Part shown: positions 1 through 8,299 of the stretch, in pieces | Position numbering within the stretch: the first letter of the stretch is position 1 | Layout: each line of letters begins with the position of its first letter | Virus record (IMG/VR): IMGVR_UViG_3300002225_000004 | Length of the DNA stretch: 64,000 bases | Source of the DNA: a virus | Reading direction: 5' to 3' (one strand) | The notes under the pieces: model-generated | The model's database searches: none | What the model was told of the DNA's origin: nothing | What the model saw: only the letters and a program-made list of their open reading frames with translations | Translations under genes and position numbers: made by a program

Positions 1-106
1 CTGGTGTTACGGAGTGACAGACGGCACGTATCGTGTTGATGTGGATAAAAATAATATTATTTTCTCACTGGGTGAGGATATGATTGCAACCATCGCACGG
101 TCATGA
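1..106 (+). CDS. Partial hypothetical protein (3' end)
   Basis: Frame 2 reads WCYGVTDGTYRVDVDKNNIIFSLGEDMIATIARS*. Its stop overlaps the ATG at 103 (ATGA). Confidence 0.6.
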   Translation, partial: WCYGVTDGTYRVDVDKNNIIFSLGEDMIATIARS

Positions 107-435
107 GTTTATTCCCTAAGATGTGCGCTTGCGCATACTGCGGTGCCACTGCTGACAACCTGCATGATGCAGCGGAACACCAGATGGCGTGCCATAAGAA
201 CCCGCAGAACATGGATCACCATGAGTTCTGGCTTCACTACTTTGGAGTCACAGAGTTTGAGCATATCTTCCTGCAAGATAAGTTCAAGCAGTTGATGAGG
301 CATGATGGTGAAGCTACACACCTGATGGTCAACGGCCCTCACTTGATGGTGAAGGTTGAAGATATGGTGTATAAGTTCCACCGTGATAACCCGGAGATGG
401 CATTGTCTTCAGGTGTCGTATATAAATCTCGATAG
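103..435 (+). CDS. Hypothetical protein with possible Zn finger
   Basis: CxCxxC...HxxxCH at the N-terminus; ATGA coupling to the upstream ORF. Confidence 0.65.
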   Translation: MSLFPKMCACAYCGATADNLHDAAEHQMACHKNPQNMDHHEFWLHYFGVTEFEHIFLQDKFKQLMRHDGEATHLMVNGPHLMVKVEDMVYKFHRDNPEMALSSGVVYKSR

Positions 436-438
436 TTG

Positions 439-467
439 TTGACACGATGATAACAAAGTGTTAATAT
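439..467 (+). promoter_or_regulatory. Sigma70-type promoter
   Basis: TTGACA-17 nt-TAATAT upstream of ATG 490. Shares ATAGTTGTTGAC with the promoter at 4748. Confidence 0.75.
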
Positions 468-489
468 CTATCCGTAACGAAAGAAAAAC

Positions 490-777
490 ATGAAAGTGTA
501 TAGAGCATTCACCTATAAGGTGAAAGAAAAAGAAGAGGCGGCTGAGTTTACGCCAGACCACATCGCATTGCGCGATGAGAACAATAGGGAGACGGCAAAG
601 ATTCCTTATGAGGAGTCACCACTTCTTACCCACGCCGGAAAGGCTATGCAAAGGAAGCAAGCCATCACTGAGTTCCTTGCTGAGAAAGGAATCAAGCTGC
701 TTGCTACCCACACATGGATAGATCCGAAGGGCATGGTCCTGTTGTCTAATAACATGAAGACGAGCATCAAAGAATAG
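490..777 (+). CDS. Hypothetical protein
   Basis: ORF directly behind the promoter. Confidence 0.7.
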   Translation: MKVYRAFTYKVKEKEEAAEFTPDHIALRDENNRETAKIPYEESPLLTHAGKAMQRKQAITEFLAEKGIKLLATHTWIDPKGMVLLSNNMKTSIKE

Positions 778-1043
778 TGCATCCGACACGTTACAAACTC
801 AAACCGTTTCCTCTTAAGATAGAGAGAGTCACTAAGTGTAAACCTTTAGTGACTGCCTGTATGCATATCACTGGTGTATTTCACTATCCCGATGGGTCTT
901 CTGATAGAGGACGTATTGAATATACTGATATGATGCCTAAGTATGTAGATGCCCAGGAAAGGGAGCGGTTTGACGTAACGTGGTTCATACCTGACACGAA
1001 TGAGATTCACCATGAAACCGGTGAGTGCGAAGACGAAGTGTGA
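777..1043 (+). CDS. Hypothetical protein
   Basis: GTG start overlaps the upstream TAG. Confidence 0.55.
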   Translation: MHPTRYKLKPFPLKIERVTKCKPLVTACMHITGVFHYPDGSSDRGRIEYTDMMPKYVDAQERERFDVTWFIPDTNEIHHETGECEDEV

Positions 1044-1236
1044 TGTAGTCGTTCCTGTCTATAGGATAGGGACGGCGACATTGCCTTCAGGTCGTATAGT
1101 TCACAACGTCAAGCGCAGGTTGGTATTCAATGAGTATGAATACTACCTTAACAATAAGGAGATTGAAGTGTCCGCTTTCTCCGTCGAAGAGTATATCGAT
1201 GAGACAGGACAAGGAAGAGATAACCAAACAAAATAA
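1012..1236 (+). CDS. Hypothetical protein
   Basis: ORF-track 1000..1236; stop TAA lies within the palindrome. Confidence 0.55.
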   Translation: MKPVSAKTKCDVVVPVYRIGTATLPSGRIVHNVKRRLVFNEYEYYLNNKEIEVSAFSVEEYIDETGQGRDNQTK

Positions 1237-1248
1237 TATTATTTAATC

Positions 1249-1641
1249 ATGAGCCTACCAAAATTCAACAAGAAGAACATCAAGTCCACGAAGGGGAGAC
1301 AGGGGTCTAAGTATGATGTGTATCTTCAGGAGTTCACCCAGCCGGGTGACTCATTGCAATTCGATGAGGAGGATATGTCACGACAGACTGCCTCGCAAAT
1401 CGCCAAGCGTTTCCGCGACTTGGAGGACAAGCCTTTCCATTCCTTCTGGGATGCTAAGGAGAAGAAGGTTACTATCCGCCTCCGCCTCGACTCTGAAATC
1501 GATCAAGATAAGGAGGAGGAGGATGAGCAGAACCCGTTCAATCAGGCACCTGACCCTGAAGAAGAGGCGAGCGATGAAGATGAGCCTTCCCCGTTCGACA
1601 TGCCTTCAACCCAAGAAGGATCAGCCTTTGACCTTGACTGA
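1249..1641 (+). CDS. Hypothetical protein: basic N-terminus, small domain, long acidic tail
   Basis: D/E-rich C-terminal half; starts 5 nt after a palindrome copy. Confidence 0.75.
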   Translation: MSLPKFNKKNIKSTKGRQGSKYDVYLQEFTQPGDSLQFDEEDMSRQTASQIAKRFRDLEDKPFHSFWDAKEKKVTIRLRLDSEIDQDKEEEDEQNPFNQAPDPEEEASDEDEPSPFDMPSTQEGSAFDLD

Positions 1642-1642
1642 T

Positions 1643-1882
1643 ATGCCTGAAGAAAACCAAGCGCAAAAACTTGCGGACAGCTTCCTTGCTGAAGTGTTCC
1701 CTGTTGAAAGCGAGAACAAACATCTTAGGAGTCTCTTGGAAATTGCTTTCGTTGGAGGCATGGCATCCTTCGAGGCTATGTCTTCTAGAATCTATGCAGA
1801 ACATCCTCAAGACATGAGTAAGAAAGTGATCTCGGAATTCACCAAGGATATGCATGACTTGATCAATAAGAACATGGCATGA
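1643..1882 (+). CDS. Hypothetical protein
   Basis: ATG 1643 (MPEENQ) follows the stop at 1641; the upstream part of the ORF-track 1313 frame is a shadow. Confidence 0.65.
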   Translation: MPEENQAQKLADSFLAEVFPVESENKHLRSLLEIAFVGGMASFEAMSSRIYAEHPQDMSKKVISEFTKDMHDLINKNMA

Positions 1883-2127
1883 CGTATGTATTCCAGTGTC
1901 CCTTCTTTAAAGATGGAGGGGGCGCTGTTCATGACTCATTCATGTATGTAGGGATTCTCCTCGACATTGCTATTGAGTCAACACTAAAAGAACTAACCGT
2001 CATGGATAAGGATGACGAGATAGTGAGCTGTGAGATTAATGGTCTCATGGTAGGAGATAGCGTTGTGATCGAGACGCTATTCATAGACGAGATCAAACTT
2101 AGAATAATAGATAAACACTATGGCTAG
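1879..2127 (+). CDS. Hypothetical protein
   Basis: ATGA overlap with the upstream gene. Confidence 0.65.
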   Translation: MTYVFQCPFFKDGGGAVHDSFMYVGILLDIAIESTLKELTVMDKDDEIVSCEINGLMVGDSVVIETLFIDEIKLRIIDKHYG

Positions 2128-3640
2128 AAAGAAGTATCAGAAGAAGGAACCTGTAACTAGGGTGCCTTTCAAGCTGAGCCATGCGGCTAGCGATGACCAG
2201 TTGGCAATTAAAGATTGCTGGCTCAACGATTTAGATAATATCTTTATCCCGGCAGTAGCAGGGTCAGGTAAGTCAAGCACGCTTGCATTCCTGATGGCGT
2301 GTGCCGCCAATGTGGTCGGTGCATACATCGCATTCAACAAGGACATCGTTACGGAAATGGAACCTAAGTGTCCTCCGGGTGTCACAGTTAAGACCAGACA
2401 TGCCTTCGGGTATGTTGCCTTCGCTAAGAAGGGAATCCGGCTCAAGGTTGAGAAGGATAAGCTCTCGCATGCCCTTGAGAAGAATGGATACGTGGTAAGC
2501 AAGGAGGATGAGCTATCGTATGAACGATGCCAGTCTATCAAGAGGCTCATCGATCAAATGAAGAACAACTTGATTGATGTCCATGACCATGAAGGCATCG
2601 ATCGAATGTGCTACTTCTATGACATCGACATCGATTGTCTGGATGAAGTGAAGGTGAAGCTGCCTAAGATCTTCGAGCTGATCGTAAGCTTAGGCATGGA
2701 AGGGATCATCGACTTCGTTGACATGAAGTGGTTGCCTGTTCACTTGAAGTGGGAGATGAATCGTTTCCCTGTCCTGTTCCTTGATGAGTATCAAGACTCT
2801 TCAAGCTTGGACATGGCGTTTGATAAGATGCTACTTGCTCCGGGTGGTCGTGTGGTAATCGTTGGTGATGCTCGTCAATCCATCTACGGATTTGCTGGTG
2901 CTAACTGTGACTCAATCGAGATCGCAAGTCAGCAATTCCTCTCGTCTGAGTTCGCATTGAACAAGACGTTCCGCTGTTCACCTGAAGTTGTGGCTCATGC
3001 CCAACGTATCGTCCCACATATTGAAGCATGGGAAGGGACTAAGCCGGGACGTGTCGTCCGTATGTTTGAGGAGTTTGAACCTACTAGCATGGACCCTAAT
3101 GCTATGGTCCTTTGCCGAAGGAACGCTCCGCTTGTCCGTCCATGCTTCAAGGCATTGAAGGCTGGAGTGAAGGCGAACATTAAAGGAAGGGACATCGGCG
3201 CTGGATTGATTACGATTATCAACAAGCAGAATGCTGAGACTATCCCAACCATGCTTGATAAGATGGAGGACTTCTTCCATCGGGCAAAGGAACGTGTGAT
3301 GTCTCGGAAAAGAGTAAACCCAATGACGCTTGAGTTGCTGGAAGATCAACAGAGTATCATCGAAGCGTTCGCCATGGAGCCAGACATCCAGACGATCTCT
3401 CAACTGAAGTCGAAGATCAAAGAGATGTTCACTGAAGACAAGACTGGCATGGTGTTCAGTAGTGTTCACCGTAGCAAGGGACTGGAGGCAGACCACGTTG
3501 TCATCCTTGATGCTAAGCGTATCCGCCTTTCCTTCGATAAGATGACAGACGAAGCGAGAACTCAGGAAGCTAACCTTGAGTATGTCGCAATCACCAGAGC
3601 GAAGGGCAACCTTTACCTCGACCTAGCCGAAAGAAAATAA
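2120..3640 (+). CDS. SF1 (UvrD/Rep-like) helicase
   Basis: AGSGKS Walker A, DEYQD, VGDARQSIYGFAG, SVHRSKGLE, YVAITRAK. Confidence 0.92.
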   Translation: MARKKYQKKEPVTRVPFKLSHAASDDQLAIKDCWLNDLDNIFIPAVAGSGKSSTLAFLMACAANVVGAYIAFNKDIVTEMEPKCPPGVTVKTRHAFGYVAFAKKGIRLKVEKDKLSHALEKNGYVVSKEDELSYERCQSIKRLIDQMKNNLIDVHDHEGIDRMCYFYDIDIDCLDEVKVKLPKIFELIVSLGMEGIIDFVDMKWLPVHLKWEMNRFPVLFLDEYQDSSSLDMAFDKMLLAPGGRVVIVGDARQSIYGFAGANCDSIEIASQQFLSSEFALNKTFRCSPEVVAHAQRIVPHIEAWEGTKPGRVVRMFEEFEPTSMDPNAMVLCRRNAPLVRPCFKALKAGVKANIKGRDIGAGLITIINKQNAETIPTMLDKMEDFFHRAKERVMSRKRVNPMTLELLEDQQSIIEAFAMEPDIQTISQLKSKIKEMFTEDKTGMVFSSVHRSKGLEADHVVILDAKRIRLSFDKMTDEARTQEANLEYVAITRAKGNLYLDLAERK

Positions 3641-3651
3641 TATTATTTATC

Positions 3652-3858
3652 ATGAAATTTATTACAGTTCCAATAATTGAAGGGATGAACAGCAATTTAG
3701 GTGACGCTCACGAGACTGAGGTATTGATACGTCCAGACTTCATCCTATCCATCACAAGCACAGTGCCAGGATATTGCCTCGTTGTGTATAGGGAGGGCAT
3801 CCGTTATGATGTTAAGCTTAGCTTGGATGAGCTTCTAACATTATGCAATCCTACTTAA
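3652..3858 (+). CDS. Small hypothetical protein (paralog 1, FlbD-like pattern)
   Basis: MKFI...LIRPDFILSI...YDVKLSLDELLTL; similar to the next ORF. Confidence 0.65.
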   Translation: MKFITVPIIEGMNSNLGDAHETEVLIRPDFILSITSTVPGYCLVVYREGIRYDVKLSLDELLTLCNPT

Positions 3859-3876
3859 CTAAAAGAAAATAATATC

Positions 3877-4083
3877 ATGAAATTTATTAGAATAACAGTA
3901 GTCTCAGGAGTCGATCAAGGCTTGTCTACTGCGGATAAGATCTGGATTAATGCAGATCATGTCCACTCAGTTAATGAGTTTGGAAAGGATCACTGCACGG
4001 TCAGGACTGTGCATAAGCTGGAGTATCTAGTGTCTATGTCCTGCTTGGACTTCTTAACCTTGATGGGGTGTGACAATGGATAG
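3877..4083 (+). CDS. Small hypothetical protein (paralog 2)
   Basis: MKFI...WINADHVHSV...YLVSMSCLDFLTL; same 68-aa length. Confidence 0.65.
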   Translation: MKFIRITVVSGVDQGLSTADKIWINADHVHSVNEFGKDHCTVRTVHKLEYLVSMSCLDFLTLMGCDNG

Positions 4084-4085
4084 TT

Positions 4086-4490
4086 ATGTATCTGATACTG
4101 AACAAAGAAAGGTTAGCACTGGGTCATGGAGAGCATGGCTGGGTGCTGCTGACAGAGACGGAGAAACTGCGGACCTTCCAAACATGGTTGTCCGCGAACC
4201 AGACGGCCATGAAACTCCAAGCACCGACAGTCGTATCATCGGAGGAGCTACTACTCAGGTTGATCGGCATACTGAGCTTCCTTGGAGAACCACTACATGA
4301 CATGCTTGTGAACCATGGTATGATTGGTGACGCCGCCATGGTAGGCGGTGTCATCGAACACAAGAAACATATTGCTGATCTTACCGAAGCGATGGAATCT
4401 TTGGTAGATGAGAACGACACTCTCCGCAAAGAGGTGGGGAAGCTTAGCCTGATGAGGGGTGAGCTTGAGGCGATAATAAACAATAAATAA
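4086..4490 (+). CDS. Hypothetical protein with C-terminal coiled coil
   Basis: Heptad-like tail; stop lies within the palindrome. Confidence 0.7.
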   Translation: MYLILNKERLALGHGEHGWVLLTETEKLRTFQTWLSANQTAMKLQAPTVVSSEELLLRLIGILSFLGEPLHDMLVNHGMIGDAAMVGGVIEHKKHIADLTEAMESLVDENDTLRKEVGKLSLMRGELEAIINNK

Positions 4491-4647
4491 TATTATTTAT
4501 TGTTAACACCAATGAGATATAATAATGCATTAACGAACGATGAGGATTGATTCTAAGCAGGGGGTTGGCAGGAGGTAACATGAACCTCACCCTTTGCATT
4601 CAAACGTCTGAGCGTGGACCTGTGTTCCAGCAATGACGTATCTAGCG

Positions 4648-4676
4648 GCCTTCCCCGTGGCACAGACGGGGAAGGC
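4648..4676. other. Perfect 11-bp GC-rich hairpin
   Basis: GCCTTCCCCGT-ggcacag-ACGGGGAAGGC; no U-tract. Confidence 0.8.
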
Positions 4677-4747
4677 TATACATATGGAGGCATAGATTGG
4701 CGGCCATGCCTGTAAATAACATACAGAAATACATGTGAAAATAGTTG

Positions 4748-4775
4748 TTGACTTATTCTGATGATATGTTAAGAT
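4748..4775 (+). promoter_or_regulatory. Sigma70-type promoter
   Basis: TTGACT-16 nt-TAAGAT; AT-rich upstream region. Confidence 0.6.
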
Positions 4776-4857
4776 GTTCTTAACGGTCAGCGGCCAAGGT
4801 ATTATGCAGAAGATATGATACTAAGGTTAAGTTAACCAAAAATAATATTATTGTTCC

Positions 4858-4925
4858 GAGCTGCTTTTGCTATGACGAACTTGATATACATAACGCAAGT
4901 TTCCTGAGCTGCTTTTGCTATGACG
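4858..4925 (+). repeat. 20-bp direct repeat, two copies, 48-bp period
   Basis: GAGCTGCTTTTGCTATGACG at 4858-4877 and 4906-4925; the spacer contains the inverted repeat AACTTG/CAAGTT. Confidence 0.9.
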
Positions 4926-5312
4926 GAGACATTCACAGAGAGGGTGAGACATATGCCTCTAATCTGAGTAACGACGTTCGAAAAAAAGGCGGCACTTACT
5001 TAATGTTCTAAGTTAAAGAAGATACAAATTCTGTGAGTGAGGTAAACTTACAGTCTTAGATAGGTGGGGGTAAGCTCGGTAAACACTCCAATCCCCTTAA
5101 TTACGGAAGAAACTTCCATGTCGCCAGATGATGCGTGCCTACTCGCAAGCTGGTCCCCGGTAACGGGGCTGTGTAATACGATGGTTCGACTGACGGAAAA
5201 TGTCATTCAATTATTTCATAGGTTCTCTCTTCTAGGGAGTCCTATGTCTACTCCGGTTCTCCCTCTGGAAAATAGGCGCGAAACAACAACAGAGGGGGGC
5301 AAGCGAAACAAG

Positions 5313-5861
5313 ATGAACAAGAAGAGAAAGAGAAAGATGAGAGACGAGAGGGGTTATCCAATCACCTCGTCTAAGAAGGATAGCATTATTGACTATTCAG
5401 TATTGAATGATGAGACTATACCTCCGTCATTGCATGGTTTCGCGCCAAGAAACTTCATGCCTAGAGAGTGGTGGAGCAAGACTAAAGCTAGCGCGATTGC
5501 AAAACATCAAGGCCGGTGTCACTGTTGCGGGCGAGCTGAAAGCAAATGGACCTCCATCACTAGGAAATCACCAAGACTTGAATGCCATGAGCGATACAAC
5601 ATGGACCATATAAATAAGATTATGGAATACGTTGAGACAGTTGCGCTTTGTAGCGACTGTCATGCCTGCATTCATATAGGCAGAGCATCCATCGTGCTAA
5701 GCAAGCATGACTTCAAGCGCCTTAAGGTGAGGAAGAGACGACTCGGATCTATATCCCACAAGCTGAGAGATCATGAGTGGGGATGGCAACTGTCAGTCTA
5801 CGGATTGATAATGGCTGTAGGGTTTGAGTCGCTAGAAGAATACAGAAAGAAATACCCATAA
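5313..5861 (+). CDS. HNH endonuclease-like protein
   Basis: RCHCCG...LECHE...LCSDCHACIH; start moved to ATG 5313. Confidence 0.75.
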   Translation: MNKKRKRKMRDERGYPITSSKKDSIIDYSVLNDETIPPSLHGFAPRNFMPREWWSKTKASAIAKHQGRCHCCGRAESKWTSITRKSPRLECHERYNMDHINKIMEYVETVALCSDCHACIHIGRASIVLSKHDFKRLKVRKRRLGSISHKLRDHEWGWQLSVYGLIMAVGFESLEEYRKKYP

Positions 5862-5873
5862 CCAAACGATACA

Positions 5874-6113
5874 ATGATAGAGATAACAGAAGAGAGACTA
5901 AAAGAGCTGGAGCGCAAAGAGAAAGATTATGACAAGATCCAAGAGAAAGAGAGGCTTGTCGAATTCGTGGAAGAATTCAAGGAGGCATGGGCAATCATGA
6001 TTTGCGTGACCCCTAAAGACCATTGGTCATCAAGAGAAGCGGTGGCATTCAGCCATGCCTACAATAAGTATCCGGCAGCAGGGCAGAAATACCTAAAGCT
6101 TTTGCCTGAATAA
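5874..6113 (+). CDS. Hypothetical protein
   Basis: ORF with coiled-coil N-terminus. Confidence 0.7.
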   Translation: MIEITEERLKELERKEKDYDKIQEKERLVEFVEEFKEAWAIMICVTPKDHWSSREAVAFSHAYNKYPAAGQKYLKLLPE

Positions 6114-6133
6114 TAAATAATATTATTTAACCA

Positions 6134-6904
6134 ATGATACATAGGATTATGAAACAACACGAACATATAGCAATGGTAGGTGTGCTTGTTAAAGCACCAG
6201 CAAAGATTAAGCAGTCACTTACATGGAGCAAGGTTCACCTGCTTCACATGCTGATTGGTATCGGAGATGAATACTTCGAGGCTGAAGAAGCCTTGATGGA
6301 TCTATCGGATGAGGATGTCACGGGGTCGCAAGTAGATGATCGACAGACTAAGATGGCTAAGGAGTTGGGTGACCTTCTCTTCTATACTGAAGGGACGATG
6401 CTGCACCTTGAGTTTGATGAGTCTGAATCCGCTCAACACACAATCCTAATGGCTGAAGGTAAGTCTGGTGACTATACTGAGTTGCCATTCAACCAAGCGA
6501 TGAAGGGATACTTCGAGCTTGGCAAGCGTCATGTAATCTATGAGGAACCGATGAACGTAAAGCTACTAGTGAGCTGCTACTTCAGCATACTTGAATGCAT
6601 CAGGTTTAATGCGGCAGAGATCGGCAAGACAATGGACGAGATCCGCCAGATGAACAGGGATAAACTCGGTGATCGGTATGAAGATCTAATCTATACAGAC
6701 CAGCGTGCGACGGATCGTAAGGATACCATCGAGAGCCCAGATGAATTGACTTCGGACCAACTGAAGTATAAGCAACTCAAGGATGAGGGATACCGCGCTT
6801 ACAACGGTCGATTCTATAAGACTAAGATCGGAGCTATGCCATTGAGCCACTGGGGTTTCGATGATGACACCTGCTTCTCATTCATGGAAAGGATGGGCAA
6901 GTGA
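6134..6904 (+). CDS. MazG-like nucleotide pyrophosphohydrolase
   Basis: GIGDEYFEAEE...KELGDLLFY acidic helix pattern; NRDKLGDRY tail. Confidence 0.72.
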   Translation: MIHRIMKQHEHIAMVGVLVKAPAKIKQSLTWSKVHLLHMLIGIGDEYFEAEEALMDLSDEDVTGSQVDDRQTKMAKELGDLLFYTEGTMLHLEFDESESAQHTILMAEGKSGDYTELPFNQAMKGYFELGKRHVIYEEPMNVKLLVSCYFSILECIRFNAAEIGKTMDEIRQMNRDKLGDRYEDLIYTDQRATDRKDTIESPDELTSDQLKYKQLKDEGYRAYNGRFYKTKIGAMPLSHWGFDDDTCFSFMERMGK

Positions 6905-7092
6905 TCGATGACACCAAGGTTACGCTGGATGGCGTGATCGATCAAGTCATCCACAATAATTACTACATCACAATTGATGGAGTTCAACATATCATACCTA
7001 AAACATATTGCACCATAGGTAGGGTGAATCGTAAGACAGGTGCATGTAGAATAGAAGTTAGCAAACTGCTAATAGAAAGAAAATTAAGATGA
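6901..7092 (+). CDS. Hypothetical protein
   Basis: Overlap-coupled small ORF. Confidence 0.6.
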   Translation: MIDDTKVTLDGVIDQVIHNNYYITIDGVQHIIPKTYCTIGRVNRKTGACRIEVSKLLIERKLR

Positions 7093-7628
7093 AACTAGAT
7101 CAAGGATTAATCTCCCAGTATCGGGAGATCCATAAGAGGCAACCTAAGTATGGACACGCCGCAACCTATCGCAACTGGATTGAGATGCTGGCAAAGGATA
7201 ACGATGTAAAGACCATACTTGATTATGGATGCGGCAAGGGCAAGCTGTCCGATGACATCGAGAAGCATACAGACATTAAGTGTTGGAAGTATGACCCTGC
7301 CATCGAGGAGTTTAGTGACCTGCCGCCAGGCATGAGTGACATGGTAGTATCTAACGATGTGCTTGAGCATCTGACTGGACTGACTGTCCGACCGGTTCTA
7401 AATGACATCTTCCTTCGTGGAAATAAAGTTATTTTTCTGAACATCTCTTGCCGTCCGGCACATCAGATCCTCCCCGATGGGAAGAATGCACACACCCTGA
7501 TTAAAGATCCGTTTGATTGGAAGACGTTCATCGATGACATTGCTACTCGGTTAGGGTGGGAGATGACTGAAGAGAAGTTCTCTCCTATCAACCGTAACTT
7601 GGTATTAGTTTATACCCGACCTGAATAA
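7089..7628 (+). CDS. Class I SAM-dependent methyltransferase (small-molecule or glycan type)
   Basis: ILDYGCGKG motif I; DMVVSNDVLEHL. Confidence 0.88.
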   Translation: MKLDQGLISQYREIHKRQPKYGHAATYRNWIEMLAKDNDVKTILDYGCGKGKLSDDIEKHTDIKCWKYDPAIEEFSDLPPGMSDMVVSNDVLEHLTGLTVRPVLNDIFLRGNKVIFLNISCRPAHQILPDGKNAHTLIKDPFDWKTFIDDIATRLGWEMTEEKFSPINRNLVLVYTRPE

Positions 7629-8299
7629 TGGAAAGAACAGTAATGATCCTTGGTAATCCGAGGAGTGGATCGACGCTGCTGATGCGTCTACTTAATAGAG
7701 TATGTCTTACGCCTTGTGTTGGTGACCGCCCGCCTGAATTTTACGGTGGCATCACGAACGTATGGAACCATAAGAGAGGGACGAAGCCATCCTATCGTGA
7801 GGATATGTGGTCCAATAAATGGGGTGATGAATACACATCATGCTATACAAAGGAAGCTCATGATCGTCAGATGCGCCGAGCTATAAGGGAGGCGTTGTTC
7901 GATAGCTGTTGGGGAGGCCAACATATGAAGTGCATGTCTCTTGGCTTCTACAATGATGGGTTAGTTCCATTCGTTGGAGCGATGCGCGATGCTTTCGGTG
8001 AGAGCCTTAAGATTGTATGGTTGCAGCGTCCACCTGATGAAGTTGCGGAGTCATATATCACATCGGTTGGATCGTGGTGGTATAAGAAGCCAGAGGAGAG
8101 ACATGAAATTATCCTCCATATAGAGGAGCAGAACGATAGGATCAAGGAGGCTGCTGAGTTTGAGGATTCATTCTTCACATACCAAGACGTATGCAAGACG
8201 CCTATAAAAGTGTTGTCGCATTGTGAACCACGTTATGATCCTATTCCTTCAGTAGTTCAGAAGGAGATGAAGATTAAACTTCGGGATGAAACTTCGTGA
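7628..8299 (+). CDS. Sulfotransferase-like protein
   Basis: ILGNPRSGSTLLMRLL PAPS-binding-loop pattern; KIVWLQRPPDEVAESY. Confidence 0.75.
   Translation: MERTVMILGNPRSGSTLLMRLLNRVCLTPCVGDRPPEFYGGITNVWNHKRGTKPSYREDMWSNKWGDEYTSCYTKEAHDRQMRRAIREALFDSCWGGQHMKCMSLGFYNDGLVPFVGAMRDAFGESLKIVWLQRPPDEVAESYITSVGSWWYKKPEERHEIILHIEEQNDRIKEAAEFEDSFFTYQDVCKTPIKVLSHCEPRYDPIPSVVQKEMKIKLRDETS

Noticed and set aside
4858-4925. CRISPR mini-array
   Set aside because: Only two 20-bp repeats, shorter than typical, with a self-complementary spacer and no cas genes. Kept as an unexplained direct repeat.
5064-5312. N-terminal extension of the HNH ORF from GTG 5064
   Set aside because: Low-information peptide over hairpin-rich DNA; ATG 5313 with an A-rich leader is more plausible
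7421-7434. Near-match AAATAAAGTTATTT, and AAATAAGATTATTT at 28048
   Set aside because: 1-2 internal mismatches; may be decayed sites or chance, so not counted among the 36
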